Shown here in pieces: positions 51,001-64,000 of a DNA stretch of 64,000 bases. The number at the start of each line of letters is the position of its first letter. Position 1 is the stretch's first letter. Made by a program: the position numbers and the translations under genes. Origin of the DNA: Nemertoderma westbladi (taxonomy: Eukaryota > Animalia > Xenacoelomorpha); contig JAUCBJ010002919.1 in the NCBI GenBank assembly GCA_032718475.1, positions 55,044 through 119,043 on the forward strand, in the 5' to 3' direction. The notes beneath the pieces were generated by a model. That model saw nothing but the letters and a program-made list of their open reading frames with translations. It did no database searches and was not told the DNA's origin.

Positions 51001-54000
51001 TGTCCGCTAACTTAATATATAGTTAGAAGACATGTCCGCTAACTTAATATATATAGAGTTAGAAGACATGTCCGCTAACTTAATATAGAGTTCGAAGACA
51101 TGTCCGCTAACTTAATATATATAGAGTTAGAAGACATGTCCGCTAACTTAATATATAGTTAGAAGACATGTCCGCTAACTTAATATATATTGAGTTAGAA
51201 GACATGTCCGCTAACTCAATATATATCGAGTTAGAAGACATGTCCGCTAACTTAATATATAGTTAGAAGACATGTCCGCTAACTTAATATATAGGTAGAA
51301 GACATGTCCGCTAACTTAATATATAGTTAGAAGACATGTCCGCTAACTTAATATATATAGAGTTAGAAGACATGTCCGCTAACTCAATATATATCGAGTT
51401 AGAAGACATGTCCGCTAACTCAATATATATCGAGTTAGAAGACATGTCCGCTAACTTAATATATAGTTAGAAGACATGTCCGCTAACTTAATATATAGTT
51501 AGAAGACATGTCCGCTAACTTAATATATATAGAGTTAGAAGACATGTCCGCTAATTTAATATATATAGAGTTAGAAGACATGTCCGCTAACTTAATATAT
51601 AGTTAGAAGACATGTCCGCTAACTTAATATATAGTTAGAAGACATGTCCGCTAACTTAATATATATTGAGTTAGAAGACATGTCCGCTAACTTAATATAT
51701 AGTTAGAAGACATGTCCGCTAACTTAATATATAGTTAGAAGACATGTCCGCTAACTTAATATATATTGAGTTAGAAGACATGTCCGCTAACTCAATATAT
51801 AGTTAGAAGACATGTCCGCTAACTTAATATATAGTTAGAAGACATGTCCGCTAACTTAATATATATTGAGTTAGAAGACATGTCCGCTAACTTAATATAT
51901 ATAGAGTTAGAAGACATGTCCGCTAATTTAATATATATAGAGTTAGAAGACATGTCCGCTAACTTAATATATAGTTAGAAGACATGTCCGCTAACTTAAT
52001 ATATATTGAGTTAGAAGACATGTCCGCTAACTTAATATATAGTTAGAAGACATGTCCGCTAACTTAATATATAGTTAGAAGACATGTCCGCTAACTTAAT
52101 ATATATTGAGTTAGAAGACATGTCCGCTAACTTAATATATATAGAGTTAGAAGACATGTCCGCTAATTTAATATATATAGAGTTAGAAGACATGTCCGCT
52201 AACTTAATATATAGTTAGAAGACATGTCCGCTAACTTAATATATATTGAGTTAGAAGACATGTCCGCTAACTTAATATATAGTTAGAAGACATGTCCGCT
52301 AACTTAATATATAGTTAGAAGACATGTCCGCTAACTTAATATATATTGAGTTAGAAGACATGTCCGCTAACTCAATATATATCGAGTTAGAAGACATGTC
52401 CGCTAACTTAATATATATCGAGTTAGAAGACATGTCCGCTAACTTAATATATAGTTAGAAGACATGTCCGCTAACTTAATATATATTGAGTTAGAAGACA
52501 TGTCCGCTAACTCAATATATATCGAGTTAGAAGACATGTCCGCTAACTTAATATATATTGAGTTTGAAGACATGTCCGCTAACTCAATATATATAGAGTT
52601 AGAAGACATGTCCGCTAACTTAATATATAGTTAGAAGACATGTCCGCTAACTTAATATATATTGAGTTAGAAGACATGTCCGCTAACTTAATATATATTG
52701 AGTTAGAAGACATGTCCGCTAACTCAATATATATAGAGTTAGAAGACATGTCCGCTAACTTAATATATAGTTAGAAGACATGTCCGCTAACTTAATATAT
52801 ATTGAGTTAGAAGACATGTCCGCTAACTCAATATATATCGAGTTAGAAGACATGTCCGCTAACTTAATATATAGTTAGAAGACATGTCCGCTAACTTAAT
52901 ATATATTGAGTTAGAAGACATGTCCGCTAACTCAATATATATCGAGTTAGAAGACATGTCCGCTAACTTAATATATATCGAGTTAGAAGACATGTCCGCT
53001 AACTTAATATATAGTTAGAAGACATGTCCGCTAACTTAATATATATTGAGTTAGAAGACATGTCCGCTAACTCAATATATATCGAGTTAGAAGACATGTC
53101 CGCTAACTTAATATATATTGAGTTAGAAGACATGTCCGCTAACTCAATATATATAGAGTTAGAAGACATGTCCGCTAACTTAATATATATTGAGTTAGAA
53201 GACATGTCCGCTAACTCAATATATATCGAGTTAGAAGACATGTCCGCTAACTTAATATATATTGAGTTAGAAGACATGTCCGCTAACTCAATATATATCG
53301 AGTTAGAAGACATGTCCGCTAACTTAATATATATTGAGTTAGAAGACATGTCCGCTAACTCAATTAATATATAGTTAGAAGACATGTCCGCTAACTTAAT
53401 ATATATTGAGTTAGAAGACATGTCCGCTAACTCAATATATATAGAGTTAGAAGACATGTCCGCTAACTTAATATATAGTTAGAAGACATGTCCGCTAACT
53501 TAATATATATTGAGTTAGAAGACATGTCCGCTAACTCAATATATATCGAGTTAGAAGACATGTCCGCTAACTTAATATATAGTTAGAAGACATGTCCGCT
53601 AACTTAATATATATTGAGTTAGAAGACATGTCCGCTAACTCAATATATATCGAGTTAGAAGACATGTCCGCTAACTTAATATATATCGAGTTAGAAGACA
53701 TGTCCGCTAACTTAATATATAGTTAGAAGACATGTCCGCTAACTTAATATATATTGAGTTAGAAGACATGTCCGCTAACTCAATATATATCGAGTTAGAA
53801 GACATGTCCGCTAACTTAATATATATTGAGTTAGAAGACATGTCCGCTAACTCAATATATATAGAGTTAGAAGACATGTCCGCTAACTTAATATATAGTT
53901 AGAAGACATGTCCGCTAACTTAATATATAGTTAGAAGACATGTCCGCTAACTTAATATATATAGAGTTAGAAGACATGTCCGCTAATTTAATATATATAG

Positions 54001-57000
54001 AGTTAGAAGACATGTCCGCTAACTTAATATATAGTTAGAAGACATGTCCGCTAACTTAATATATAGTTAGAAGACATGTCCGCTAACTTAATATATATTG
54101 AGTTAGAAGACATGTCCGCTAACTCAATATATATCGAGTTAGAAGACATGTCCGCTAACTTAATATATAGTTAGAAGACATGTCCGCTAACTTAATATAT
54201 AGTTAGAAGACATGTCCGCTAACTTAATATATATAGAGTTAGAAGACATGTCCGCTAACTTAATATATATAGAGTTAGAAGACATGTCCGCTAACTTAAT
54301 ATATAGTTAGAAGACATGTCCGCTAACTTAATATATAGTTAGAAGACATGTCCGCTAACTTAATATATAGTTAGAAGACATGTCCGCTAACTTTATATAT
54401 ATAGAGTTAGAAGACATGTCCGCTAACTCAATATATATCGAGTTAGAAGACATGTCCGCTAAATTAATATATAGTTAGAAGACATGTCCGCTAACTTAAT
54501 ATATAGTTAGAAGACATGTCCGCTAACTTAATATATATAGAGTTAGAAGACATGTCCGCTAACTTAATATATAGTTAGAAGACATGTCCGCTAACTTAAT
54601 ATATATAGAGTTAGAAGACATGTCCGCTAACTTAATATATAGTTAGAAGACATGTCCGCTAACTTAATATATAGTTAGAAGACATGTCCGCTAACTTAAT
54701 ATATATAGAGTTAGAAGACATGTCCACTAACTCAATATATATCAAGTTAGAAGACATGTCCGCTAAATTAATATATAGTTAGAAGACATGTCCGCTAACT
54801 TAATATATAGTTAGAAGACATGTCCGCTAACTTAATATATATAGAGTTAGAAGACATGTCCGCTAACTTAATATATAGTTAGAAGACATGTCCGCTAACT
54901 TAATATATAGTTAGAAGACATGTCCGCTAACTTAATATATAGTTAGAAGACATGTCCGCTAACTTAATATATATAGAGTTAGAAGACATGTCCGCTAACT
55001 TAATATATAGTTAGAAGACATATCCGCTAACTTAATATATATCGAGTTAGAAGACATGTCCGCTAACTTAATATATAGTTAGAAGACATGTCCGCTAACT
55101 TAATATATAGTTAGAAGACATGTCCGCTAACGTAATATATAGTTAGAAGACATGTCCGCTAACTTAATATATATCGAGTTAGAAGACATGTCCGCTAACT
55201 TAATATATAGTTCGAAGACATGTCCGCTAACTTAATATATATATAGTTAGAAGACATGTCCGCTAACTTAATATATATCGAGTTAGAAGACATGTCCGCT
55301 AACTTAATATATAGTTAGAAGACATGTCCGCTAACTTAATATATATCGAGTTAGAAGACATGTCCGCTAACTTAATATATAGTTCGAAGACATGTCCGCT
55401 AACTTAATATATATTGAGTTAGAAGACATGTCCGCTAACTTAATATATAGTTAGAAGACATGTCCGCTAACTTAATATATATCGAGTTAGAAGACATGTC
55501 CGCTAACTTAATATATAGTTCGAAGACATGTCCGCTAACTTAATATATATATAGTTAGAAGACATGTCCGCTAACTTAATATATATCGAGTTAGAAGACA
55601 TGTCCGCTAACTTAATATATAGTTAGAAGACATGTCCGCTAACTTAATATATATCGAGTTAGAAGATATGTCCGCTAACTTAATATATAGTTCGAAGACA
55701 TGTCCGCTAACTTAATATATATATAGTTAGAAGACATGTCCGCTAACTTAATATATATCGAGTTAGAAGACATGTCCGCTAACTTAATATATATATAGTT
55801 AGACGACATGTCCGCTAACTTAATATATATTGAGTTAGAAGACATGTCCGCTAACTTAATATATAGTTAGAAGACATGTCCGCTAACTTAATATATATCG
55901 AGTTAGAAGACATGTCCGCTAACTTAATATATAGTTCGAAGACATGTCCGCTAACTTAATATATATTGAGTTAGAAGACATGTCCGCTAACTTAATATAT
56001 AGTTAGAAGACATGTCCGCTAACTTAATATATATCGAGTTAGAAGACATGTCCGCTAACTTAATATATAGTTAGAAGACATGTCCGCTAACTTAATATAT
56101 AGTTCGAAGACATGTCCGCTAACTTAATATATAGTTAGAAGACATGTCCGCTAACTTAATATATATCGAGTTAGAAGACATGTCCGCTAACTTAATATAT
56201 AGTTAGAAGACATGTCCGCTAACTTAATATATATCGAGTTAGAAGACATGTCCGCTAACTTAATATATATCGAGTTAGAAGACATGTCCGCTAACTTAAT
56301 ATATAGTTCGAAGACATGTCCGCTAACTTAATATATATTGAGTTAGAAGACATGTCCGCTAACTTAATATATAGTTAGAAGACATGTCCGCTAACTTAAT
56401 ATATAGTTAGAAGACATGTCCGCTAACTTAATATATATCGAGTTAGAAGACATGTCCGCTAACTTAATATATATCGAGTTAGAAGACATGTCCGCTAACT
56501 TAATATATAGTTAGAAGACATGTCCGCTAACTTAATATATATTAAGTTAGAAGACATGTCCGCTAACTCAATATATATCGAGTTAGAAGACATGTCCGCT
56601 AACTTAATATATAGTTAGAAGACATGTCCGCTAACTTAATATATATCGAGTTAGAAGACATGTCCGCTAACTTAATATATATCGAGTTAGAAGACATGTC
56701 CGCTAAATTATATATATATATAGTTAGAAGACATGTCCGCTAACTTAATATATATAGAGTTAGACGACATGTCCGCTAACTTAATATATATCGAGTTAGA
56801 AGACATGTCCGCTAACTTAATATATAGTTAGAAGACATGTCCGCTAACTTAATATATATCGAGTTAGAAGACATGTCCGCTAACTTAATATATATCGAGT
56901 TAGAAGACATGTCCGCTAACTTAATATATATCGAGTTAGAAGACATGTCCGCTAACTTAATATATATAGAGTTAGAAGACATGTCCGCTAACTTAATATA

Positions 57001-58638
57001 TAGTTAGAAGACATGTCCGCTAACTTAATATATAGTTAGAAGACATGTCCGCTACCTTAATATATATCGAGTTAGAAGACATGTCCGCTAACTTAATATA
57101 TAGTTAGAAGACATGTCCGCTAACTTAATATATATAGAGTTAGACGACATGTCCGCTAACTTAATATATATCGAGTTAGAAGACATGTCCGCTAAATTAA
57201 TATATATATATAGTTAGAAGACATGTCCTCTAACTTAATATATAGTTAGAAGACATGTCCGCTAACTTAATATATAGTTAGAAGACATGTCCGCTAACTT
57301 AATATATAGTTAGAAGACATGTCCGCTAACTTAATATATATCGAGTTAGAAGACATGTCCGCTAACTTAATATATAGTTAGAAGACATGTCCGCTAACTC
57401 AATATAGAGTTAGAAGACATGTCCGCTAACTCAATATATATCGAGTTAGAAGACATGTCCGCTAACTTAATATATAGTTCGAAGACATGTCCGCTAACTC
57501 AATATAGAGTTAGAAGACATGTCCGCTAACTCAATATATATATATATAGTTAGAAGACATGTCCGCTAACTCAATATATAGTTAGAAGACATGTCCGCTA
57601 ACTTAATATATATATAGTTAGAAGACATGTCCGCTAACTTAATATATATCGAGTTAGAAGACATGTCCGCTAACTCAATATATAGTTAGAAGACATGTCC
57701 GCCCACTCAATATAGAGTTAGAAGACATGTCCGCTAACTTAATATATATAGAGTTAGAAGACATGTCCGCTAACTTAATATTTATAGAGTTAGAAGACAT
57801 GTCCGCTAACTCAATATATATCGAGTTAGAAGACATGTCCGCTAACTCGATATATAGTTAGAAGACATGTCCGCTAACTTAATATATATAGAGTTAGAAG
57901 ACATGTCCGCTAACTCAATATATATCGAGTTAGAAGACATGTCCGCTAAATTAATATATATATATAGTTAGAAGACATGTCCGCTAACTTAATATATAGT
58001 TAGAAGACATGTCCGCTAACTTAATATATATCGAGTTAGAAGACATGTCCGCTAACTTAATATATAGTTAGAAGACATGTCCGCTAACTTAATATATAGT
58101 TAGAAGACATGTCCGCTAACTTAATATATAGTTAGAAGACATGTCCGCTAACTTAATATATATCGAGTTAGAAGACATGTCCGCTAACTTAATATATAGT
58201 TAGAAGACATGTCCGCTAACTTAATATATATATAGTTAGAAGACATGTCCGCTAACTTAATATATATATAGTTAGACGACATGTCCGCTAACTCAATATA
58301 GAGTTAGAAGACATGTCCGCTAACTCAATATAGAGTTAGAAGACATGTCCGCTAACTCAATATAGAGTTAGAAGACATGTCCGCTAACTTAATATAGATC
58401 GAGTTAGAAGACATGTCCGCTAAATTAATATATATATATAGTTAGAAGACATGTCCGCGAACTTAATATATAGTTAGAAGACATGTCCGCTAACTTAATA
58501 TATAGTTAGAAGACATGTCCGCTAACTTAATATATAGTTAGAAGACATGTCCGCTAACTTAATATAGAGTTAGAAGACATGTCCGCTAACTTAATATATA
58601 GTTAGAAGACATGTCCGCTAACTCAATTTCATGTCCTC
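48041..58638. repeat. 32/36-bp palindromic satellite (~300 units) bounded by 13-14-bp inverted termini
   Basis: Unit GTTAGAAGACATGTCCGCTAACT(T/C)AATATATA[+/-4 nt]; GAGGACATGAAAT at 48041-48053 and ATTTCATGTCCTC at 58626-58638. Confidence 0.95.
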
Positions 58639-58876
58639 TTAGGGACTCCATATATAGAAGCATTTTAAAAAGTTGACATATGTAATAACAATTCGTTGAC
58701 TCTGATGGTATGCCTGCTGGCCATGCAAGTATTCCAATTCTAAATATTAAAAAAAAAGTTTAAAAATATATTAGAATTTTGTTATCTCTCTGTTCCTGAA
58801 CATTATGTCAGTATCTTGAAGTAAACAGTAGTTCATTTATTAAGCGATTAAATTGTTTTATATATTTATTTTTTAG

Positions 58877-59038
58877 GCAACTGAGGTACTTTTAAAGGTT
58901 GATGAACAATGTTTATTGAATCACTACAAAATTGGTGTTCTTTACTGCAAGCCAAACCAAACTACAGAAGAAGAAATGTATAACAATGAACACGGATCAC
59001 AAGCTTTCAATGAGTTTCTTGGACTTCTTGGTAATAAA
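58877..59038 (+). CDS. SIPA1L: SIPA1-like Rap-GAP gene, coding exon 7
   Basis: ATEVLLKVDEQCLLNHYKIGVLYCKPNQTTEEEMYNNEHGSQAFNEFLGLLGNK; acceptor TTTTTTAG, donor GTTAGT; phase 0->0; missed by the ORF track. Confidence 0.93.
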
Positions 59039-59324
59039 GTTAGTTTGAACAGTAATTGATTATTTTTAGTCATAATGTCAACTTAGCTCTGGTGATACCG
59101 TGGAAACAACTCTTCAACCTCTTCGTTCTATTTCATTTTACAGTTCAGTTTTTCCGTTTTTTTTTTTCACAATTACAGGTTATTTATTTTGTTATATTTC
59201 TGAATGAAATAAGTTGAAATTTTGAGCTTTTATGACTTTTCCAAAGTCTACCGGCTTCATAACAGGAACATTTCGAGTCATACCACCATGACCTACTAAA
59301 ATTATATTTTTAGTAGGTCATATG

Positions 59325-59765
59325 GGTTTTCAAGGTCGCTGATCACGATGAAACTCGTTAAAATCATTCGTAACGCAACTGTTATTTTTGGTGCTTGTCT
59401 GGTGTTACGAAAAATACAAGTAGCATACAATTTCAAACGGCAAAAATCTAATTTGGTTGGATAATACGATATTTTTCAGTGTCATATTCGTGATCAGCGT
59501 CCCAGAAAACCCATAATGTCTTAAAATCAGTTGATTTGTTAATGATTTTTGATTATCCAATTTGTGCTACTTGTATTTTTCGTGCCGCGCATTGACATAT
59601 ATCCAAAAATGCCCTAATCAACAAGGTACGAATTATTCCAATGTCGTATTCGTGATCAACATTCAACATCCCAAAAAATAAATATTTAAATCAATTAATT
59701 TAAATAAATCAATTTGATTGTGTGGTTATTTTTCATTCATATTTGCTCTACTTGTTTTTTTTCGT
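59325..59765. mobile_element. Degenerate foldback element
   Basis: Inverted pairs GGGTTTT..GTCGCTGATCACGA / TCGTGATCAGCGTC..AAAACCC and ACGAAAAATACAAGTAGCA / TGCTACTTGTATTTTTCGT. Confidence 0.45.
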
Positions 59766-59929
59766 GCACCAGGGGGCACATTCAAAATTACCAAATATTA
59801 TCTTTAATGTTATATTTGAGTTTTCTATAATCGTTACCAGTTACCATAATCGTTATCTGTCAATTCGCCCCCTAGCGGGAGATAGATCATCATAATTAGC
59901 AAGTCGTAGGACTTGATTACTGTAAGAAT

Positions 59930-60140
59930 TGTTGGCTGATTGATTGACTGGCTGACTGACTGGCTGGCTGGCTGACTGACTGACTGACTGATCTACAGCC
60001 AAAACTATTCGAACGATTTTGATGAAATTTTCACAGCGGCTAGATACCGCGATTCTAAGGTCCCTGGTGTGTTCCGCTATTTCGTCCATGAGCCGTGGGC
60101 TCGAAAAATAGACATAAACGAAAAAACGCCATAGGCGCAA
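59930..60140 (+). mobile_element. Possible Helentron-associated (HINE/DINE-like) non-autonomous element fragment
   Basis: (CTGA/CTGG)n microsatellite followed by AAAACTATTCGAACGATTTTGATGAAATTTTCACAG, a layout resembling such elements. Confidence 0.4.
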
Positions 60141-60209
60141 TGGTAAAATAACACCAATGACAGCTTGTTGATGGAATTTACATTTGATTGATGACTTCCG
60201 ACTTGCTTA

Positions 60210-61010
60210 ACGGCGTCTTGACGCCGTCTCTAGTGATGATGGGGTGATGGTAACTCCACCTCTGGCTCCAGTAGTCGAGGAAATCATGCCAAGTACCTAA
60301 CTGATCTAGACTTTGCTAATGACTTAGGAGTACTCTAAGAATCAAGAGGGAGCCCAACGGCTCCTCAGCTCATTAGAACAGGCTGCTTCTAGTGTTGGTC
60401 TTTTTATTAACTCCAGAAAGACCCAACTTTTGACAGTTAACTTTGAAAGTCCTCAGCAAGTCTCTGATCGGATGAGCATAAGCTCAAAGGATGGTATGCT
60501 TGAGTATGTGGGCGACTTCTGTCACCAGGGATCATGGATCCGGAAGTCTTTGAATACGTAAGTTCTTTCCAGAATTTGGAAGTCACACAGCATTCATCGG
60601 GCACTTAAGGTCCGATTATTTATAGAGCAGCAGTAGTTCCAGTGCTGAGGACACCAAATCTCTGGATGGCACATTCACAAGAATGCTACGCTGGGTTCAT
60701 TGTGTCAAGTACAATGCACACATCTCCAACCAGACACTATATAACATTGGAGGTGTCTCATTGGTTCCCCCAAGCTTGACACTAGAACAAAGCCGCCTCC
60801 GCTTTGCTGGACATTGCATTCGCCGTGAGGACCAGCCTGTGCATAATCTTGTGCTTTGGCAGCCCCATGGAGTGAATAAGCGTAGTGGACAGCCCATGAC
60901 TTTCCATGACGCCTTCTTAAGGACACTGACGTTGAAGATGCAGTTAATCTCGCGAAAGTCATGTGGGATAGGGAGTTGTGGCGGTTCAACTTTGTTTATA
61001 AACCTGCATA
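60210..61010 (+). mobile_element. 5'-truncated degenerate RTE-clade LINE
   Basis: DLDFANDL..AQRLLSSLEQAASSVGLFINSRKTQLL..LSRIWKS..KVRLF..LDGTFTRMLRW..SRLRFAGHCIRREDQPVHNLVLW, with frameshifts. Confidence 0.85.
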
Positions 61011-61343
61011 GAATTCTTAATTAATAACATTTATAACATTTTGCATTGGGCTTGCCAGTTTCAATGCAACAGGCCGATTATAGTAGTAGTAGTTGGGACC
61101 GAAACAACCTTATCAGTTCCCAATGGCTCCCAACCTTTTGATGGGATCTTTATCTGGACATGCGACATGTAGTGGTCAGGAATATAAATATAGCTGTTCA
61201 GTGTTGGGCTATCGTTTGCCAAAAATTGTGTTTAAGTGCGTAACAATCGGGTTGTAGAATTATCGAATAACGTCATCAATAGTATTATAGACCCGACGCG
61301 AACTTACAAAATAACTTTTTACACGGAATTTATTTAATCTCAG

Positions 61344-61547
61344 GTGAAATTGAAAGGATTTGACAAATTTACCGGCCAATTGGATACAAAACAGGATGCA
61401 ACGGGCCAATATTCAATATACGCGACTTACAGGCAGTATCAGATTATGTTCCATGTTTCTACGTTACTACCCTTTACGCGAAATAACAAACAACAATTAC
61501 TTAGAAAACGTCATATTGGGAATGATATTGTTACTATTATATTTCAG
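61344..61547 (+). CDS. SIPA1L: SIPA1-like Rap-GAP gene, coding exon 8 (catalytic Rap-GAP motif); gene continues downstream
   Basis: [16 protein letters not shown]...[10 protein letters not shown]...[19 protein letters not shown], containing the Asn-thumb motif KRHIGND; acceptor TCTCAG, donor CAG|GTAAGT. Confidence 0.96.
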
Positions 61548-61601
61548 GTAAGTTAACTCAAAATGATATTGTTACTATTATATTTCCAGTAAGCTAACTC
61601 A
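61521..61601. repeat. 41-bp tandem duplication of the exon 8 end plus donor site
   Basis: AATGATATTGTTACTATTATATTTCAGGTAAGTTAACTCA is followed by AATGATATTGTTACTATTATATTTCCAGTAAGCTAACTCA. Confidence 0.9.
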
Positions 61602-62433
61602 CAATTCTCCCTACAATGGTTGTAGTTTGTTAAAATTGTAAAAGGATTGTTATCGATTGTCCTTTATTTGCATCCTTTTAACATCCTTTTTGGCGTACTT
61701 TTTAGTTCGTCTTATTTAGTAGTATTCGAATTTAATTTAAACTATAAACATGTACCGTATATATTTTTATATATAAACTTATTAGAATTACATAAATTTA
61801 TGTAACATTCTATATAAAACACTCAACAAGGCTTTCAGATAAGTTGAACTTGACCATATATCTGGTCCTATCCTGCCTATTATGTCACTTGCTTTAATCC
61901 ATGTCGCCGTGGAACAAGTTGTATTGCTAGCTAAACACACCTCTATTGAAATAGCTATAAAACAATTAAATCTCCATTAAATTTTGATTTAGAATCTATC
62001 ATGACCCTGAATTCAATTCATACTGATTTCAGAATATATATTTTTTATTCTGAATTTTAGAATATACTGTATTTTATTTATTCTGAATTTCAGAATATAT
62101 ATCATATCATATTATATTGGGTTTTGGGAAACTTTATTATTCACTAAAAATGGAAATATCATGGAATGAAATATCATGGAAATATCATGGATTAAAATTG
62201 ATTTTTTTCATGTCATCTCGGTCACTATTTAATTCATAACGTTTATTATACAGGTCCCTGCACAAGTTCGAATATTATCGAAGTTCGCTTTGCATCTATA
62301 GTGTGGTGTTACATAGGTATTGCCTTTACAGCTATAAACATGAATATATTTCTGTAAGTGGGATCTAACTCCGCCGAGGTAGGATCTACCTACTGTATGT
62401 TCATCAGAGGTCAGGCCTTTACATCTAAATTCG

Positions 62434-62470
<37 letters not shown>

Positions 62471-63016
62471 TAATAAATCTGGCTAGCACTTACTGACTTA
62501 TAAAGCGCATGGCAATATGAGCAAACGCATACGAGATGGCAAGAAACTGCCGAACATCGAACCGTCTCCTTTCAAACCATGTTAAAAGGAAGACCTAGTC
62601 TGCTATGGGGGGAGAAGCTCCATGCTTTACTCAATATAACAGTCAGCAATATCAAATTAGCCGCACTTTCCTCAAGATGGCGCGTTGAATTTATTTTCCC
62701 CTGGGCAGGGATGAAATTTGATTGCATGGAACACAAACCCACAGCCCCAACCCCCGCGTGTTCTATCATGGAACTTTTTTTTCTATCTCTGGAAATCATG
62801 GAAATATTATGGAAATTTTTCATCTTATTTGACCACTTTTTTTCCTTTATATCATATCACCCCTAATATGATCGGCGTCATAATTAACCGCATGGATTCA
62901 GCAAAATAAATAGCATATTTCATTTCATTTTATTTAATCAATAAAATAATTAATCAATATATAATCATCCATAAATAATCAATAAATTTATCTAGCATCG
63001 AAGTATTCTCCGCCAC

Positions 63017-63123
63017 TGATTTCCCATCCGCTCCCATGTTAGCGTCACATTACTCTATAGGATAGGAATGATTTCCCATCCGCTCCCATGTTAGCGTCAC
63101 ATTACTCTATAGGATAGGAATGA
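63017..63123. repeat. Perfect ~52-bp tandem duplication
   Basis: TGATTTCCCATCCGCTCCCATGTTAGCGTCACATTACTCTATAGGATAGGAA x2. Confidence 0.9.
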
Positions 63124-63420
63124 CACTGGATAGTTTAATGGATATTTTGTATATTTTAGACCAATATCTAATGTAATAATTTTGATTTAACACAGCTTTG
63201 ATGAGGCTAACGTCATAGAGTTAATCTAAGTCGTACAAAGGTACCAAGTTTAAATAGACTTGCATGAGCTCAGTACTACCTTGCATTCTTTAATGTTCGC
63301 TAAATCAGTACCAGTTCCCTGCGTTGGGAATATTGTTCTGGTTCTGGGTGACATGAAATATGTCTTATAGTTTATTATTGGTTTTATGGGTGAATGAGTG
63401 GTTACATATTATTATAACTT

Positions 63421-63526
63421 TTTGTTGGGCACAGCTTTTGCAAAGTCGGCAATGACGTCCAGGTCGGATCGAACTGGTGACCTCCGAGTTGGAAGTCTGA
63501 CGCTCTAACCATTCAGCCAGCGGCTC
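63421..63526 (-). mobile_element. tRNA-derived SINE (Pol III A and B boxes)
   Basis: Minus strand GAGCCGCTGGCTGAATGGTTAGAGCGTCAGACTTCCAACTCGGAGGTCACCAGTTCGATCC: A box TGGCTGAATGG, B box GTTCGATCC. Acceptor and anticodon stems pair poorly; the body is shared with 41085-41138. Confidence 0.7.
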
Positions 63527-63749
63527 AGGTAAAAGATAGACCTGGAAATACTACCTGCTACCTGTATTGTATGTCCGCAATTTACCTCCTCACGCCCTCC
63601 CATATGCTGCCACTGTGCTCAACCCTACCGTACTTGGCCGTCTTTAACCACTCGCTACAATGAAAGGGTAGTGTACATTAACACATGAACCATCACGGCC
63701 ACAATGGTTAATTATACACTGTAGCTACTAATTTTGGTTCCATGTAAAT

Positions 63750-63946
63750 TGAACCAACGTCAATTGAAACACGTCAATTGAACCATGCGTCAATTGACCC
63801 AGCGTCAATTAAACCAGCGTCAATTGAACCAAGAGTCAATTGAACCAAGCGTCAATTGAACCAAGTGTCAGTTGAACCAAGTGGCAATTGAACAAAACGT
63901 CAGTTGAACCAAACGTCAATTGAACCAAACGTCAATTGAACCAAGC
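63750..63946. repeat. ~17-bp minisatellite GTCAATTGAACCAA(G/A)C, ~11 copies
   Basis: Direct tandem copies with a palindromic TCAATTGA core. Confidence 0.85.
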
Positions 63947-64000
63947 ATAAATAAACCCATAATCAAATAAAGAATCAATGAAATTGAATTCCAAAAAATA

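Noticed and set aside
48110-58620. CRISPR-like palindromic repeats with spacers, or coding ORFs (MSSNSIYIELAD)n
   Set aside because: The variable part is only a short (AT)n tract of a few recurring types; the array is intronic.
38972-62468. Poly-G/C tracts (~38972, 41715, 41878, 44334, 62436) as regulatory G-quadruplexes
   Set aside because: Simple intronic homopolymers of uncertain length with no further support.
63455-63526. Functional tRNA gene
   Set aside because: Acceptor and anticodon stems do not pair well, and the downstream body is repeated elsewhere, so a SINE fits better.

Overview
Repeat-rich animal (invertebrate-like) genomic DNA, not prokaryotic. Two divergently oriented host genes are supported. 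The first is the intron-free 5' part of a PP6 regulatory subunit (SAPS-domain, PPP6R-like) gene on the minus strand (960->1, running off the window; absent from the ORF track). The second is 8 phase-consistent exons (about 529 codons, 37701-61547) of a SIPA1-like Rap-GAP gene on the plus strand, incomplete at its 3' end. Over half the window is tandem DNA: a 23.5-kb 31-bp satellite with higher-order structure, a 10.6-kb 32/36-bp array bracketed by 13-14-bp inverted termini, a 30-bp array that multiplies a real splice donor, and several minisatellites. Decayed non-LTR retroelements (APE-RT LINE, RTE, CRE), a tRNA-derived SINE and many MITE-like elements are also present. The long ORFs in the ORF track are repeat artefacts. 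The most striking signal is dense hotspots of exact [5-mer]-CAG/CTG-[same 5-mer] motifs, lying next to two intact non-autonomous transposons that end in CAGT...ACTG and have 5-bp target-site duplications. These look like excision footprints of one transposon system, concentrated upstream of both genes. All calls come from reading the sequence by eye; no database searches were run.
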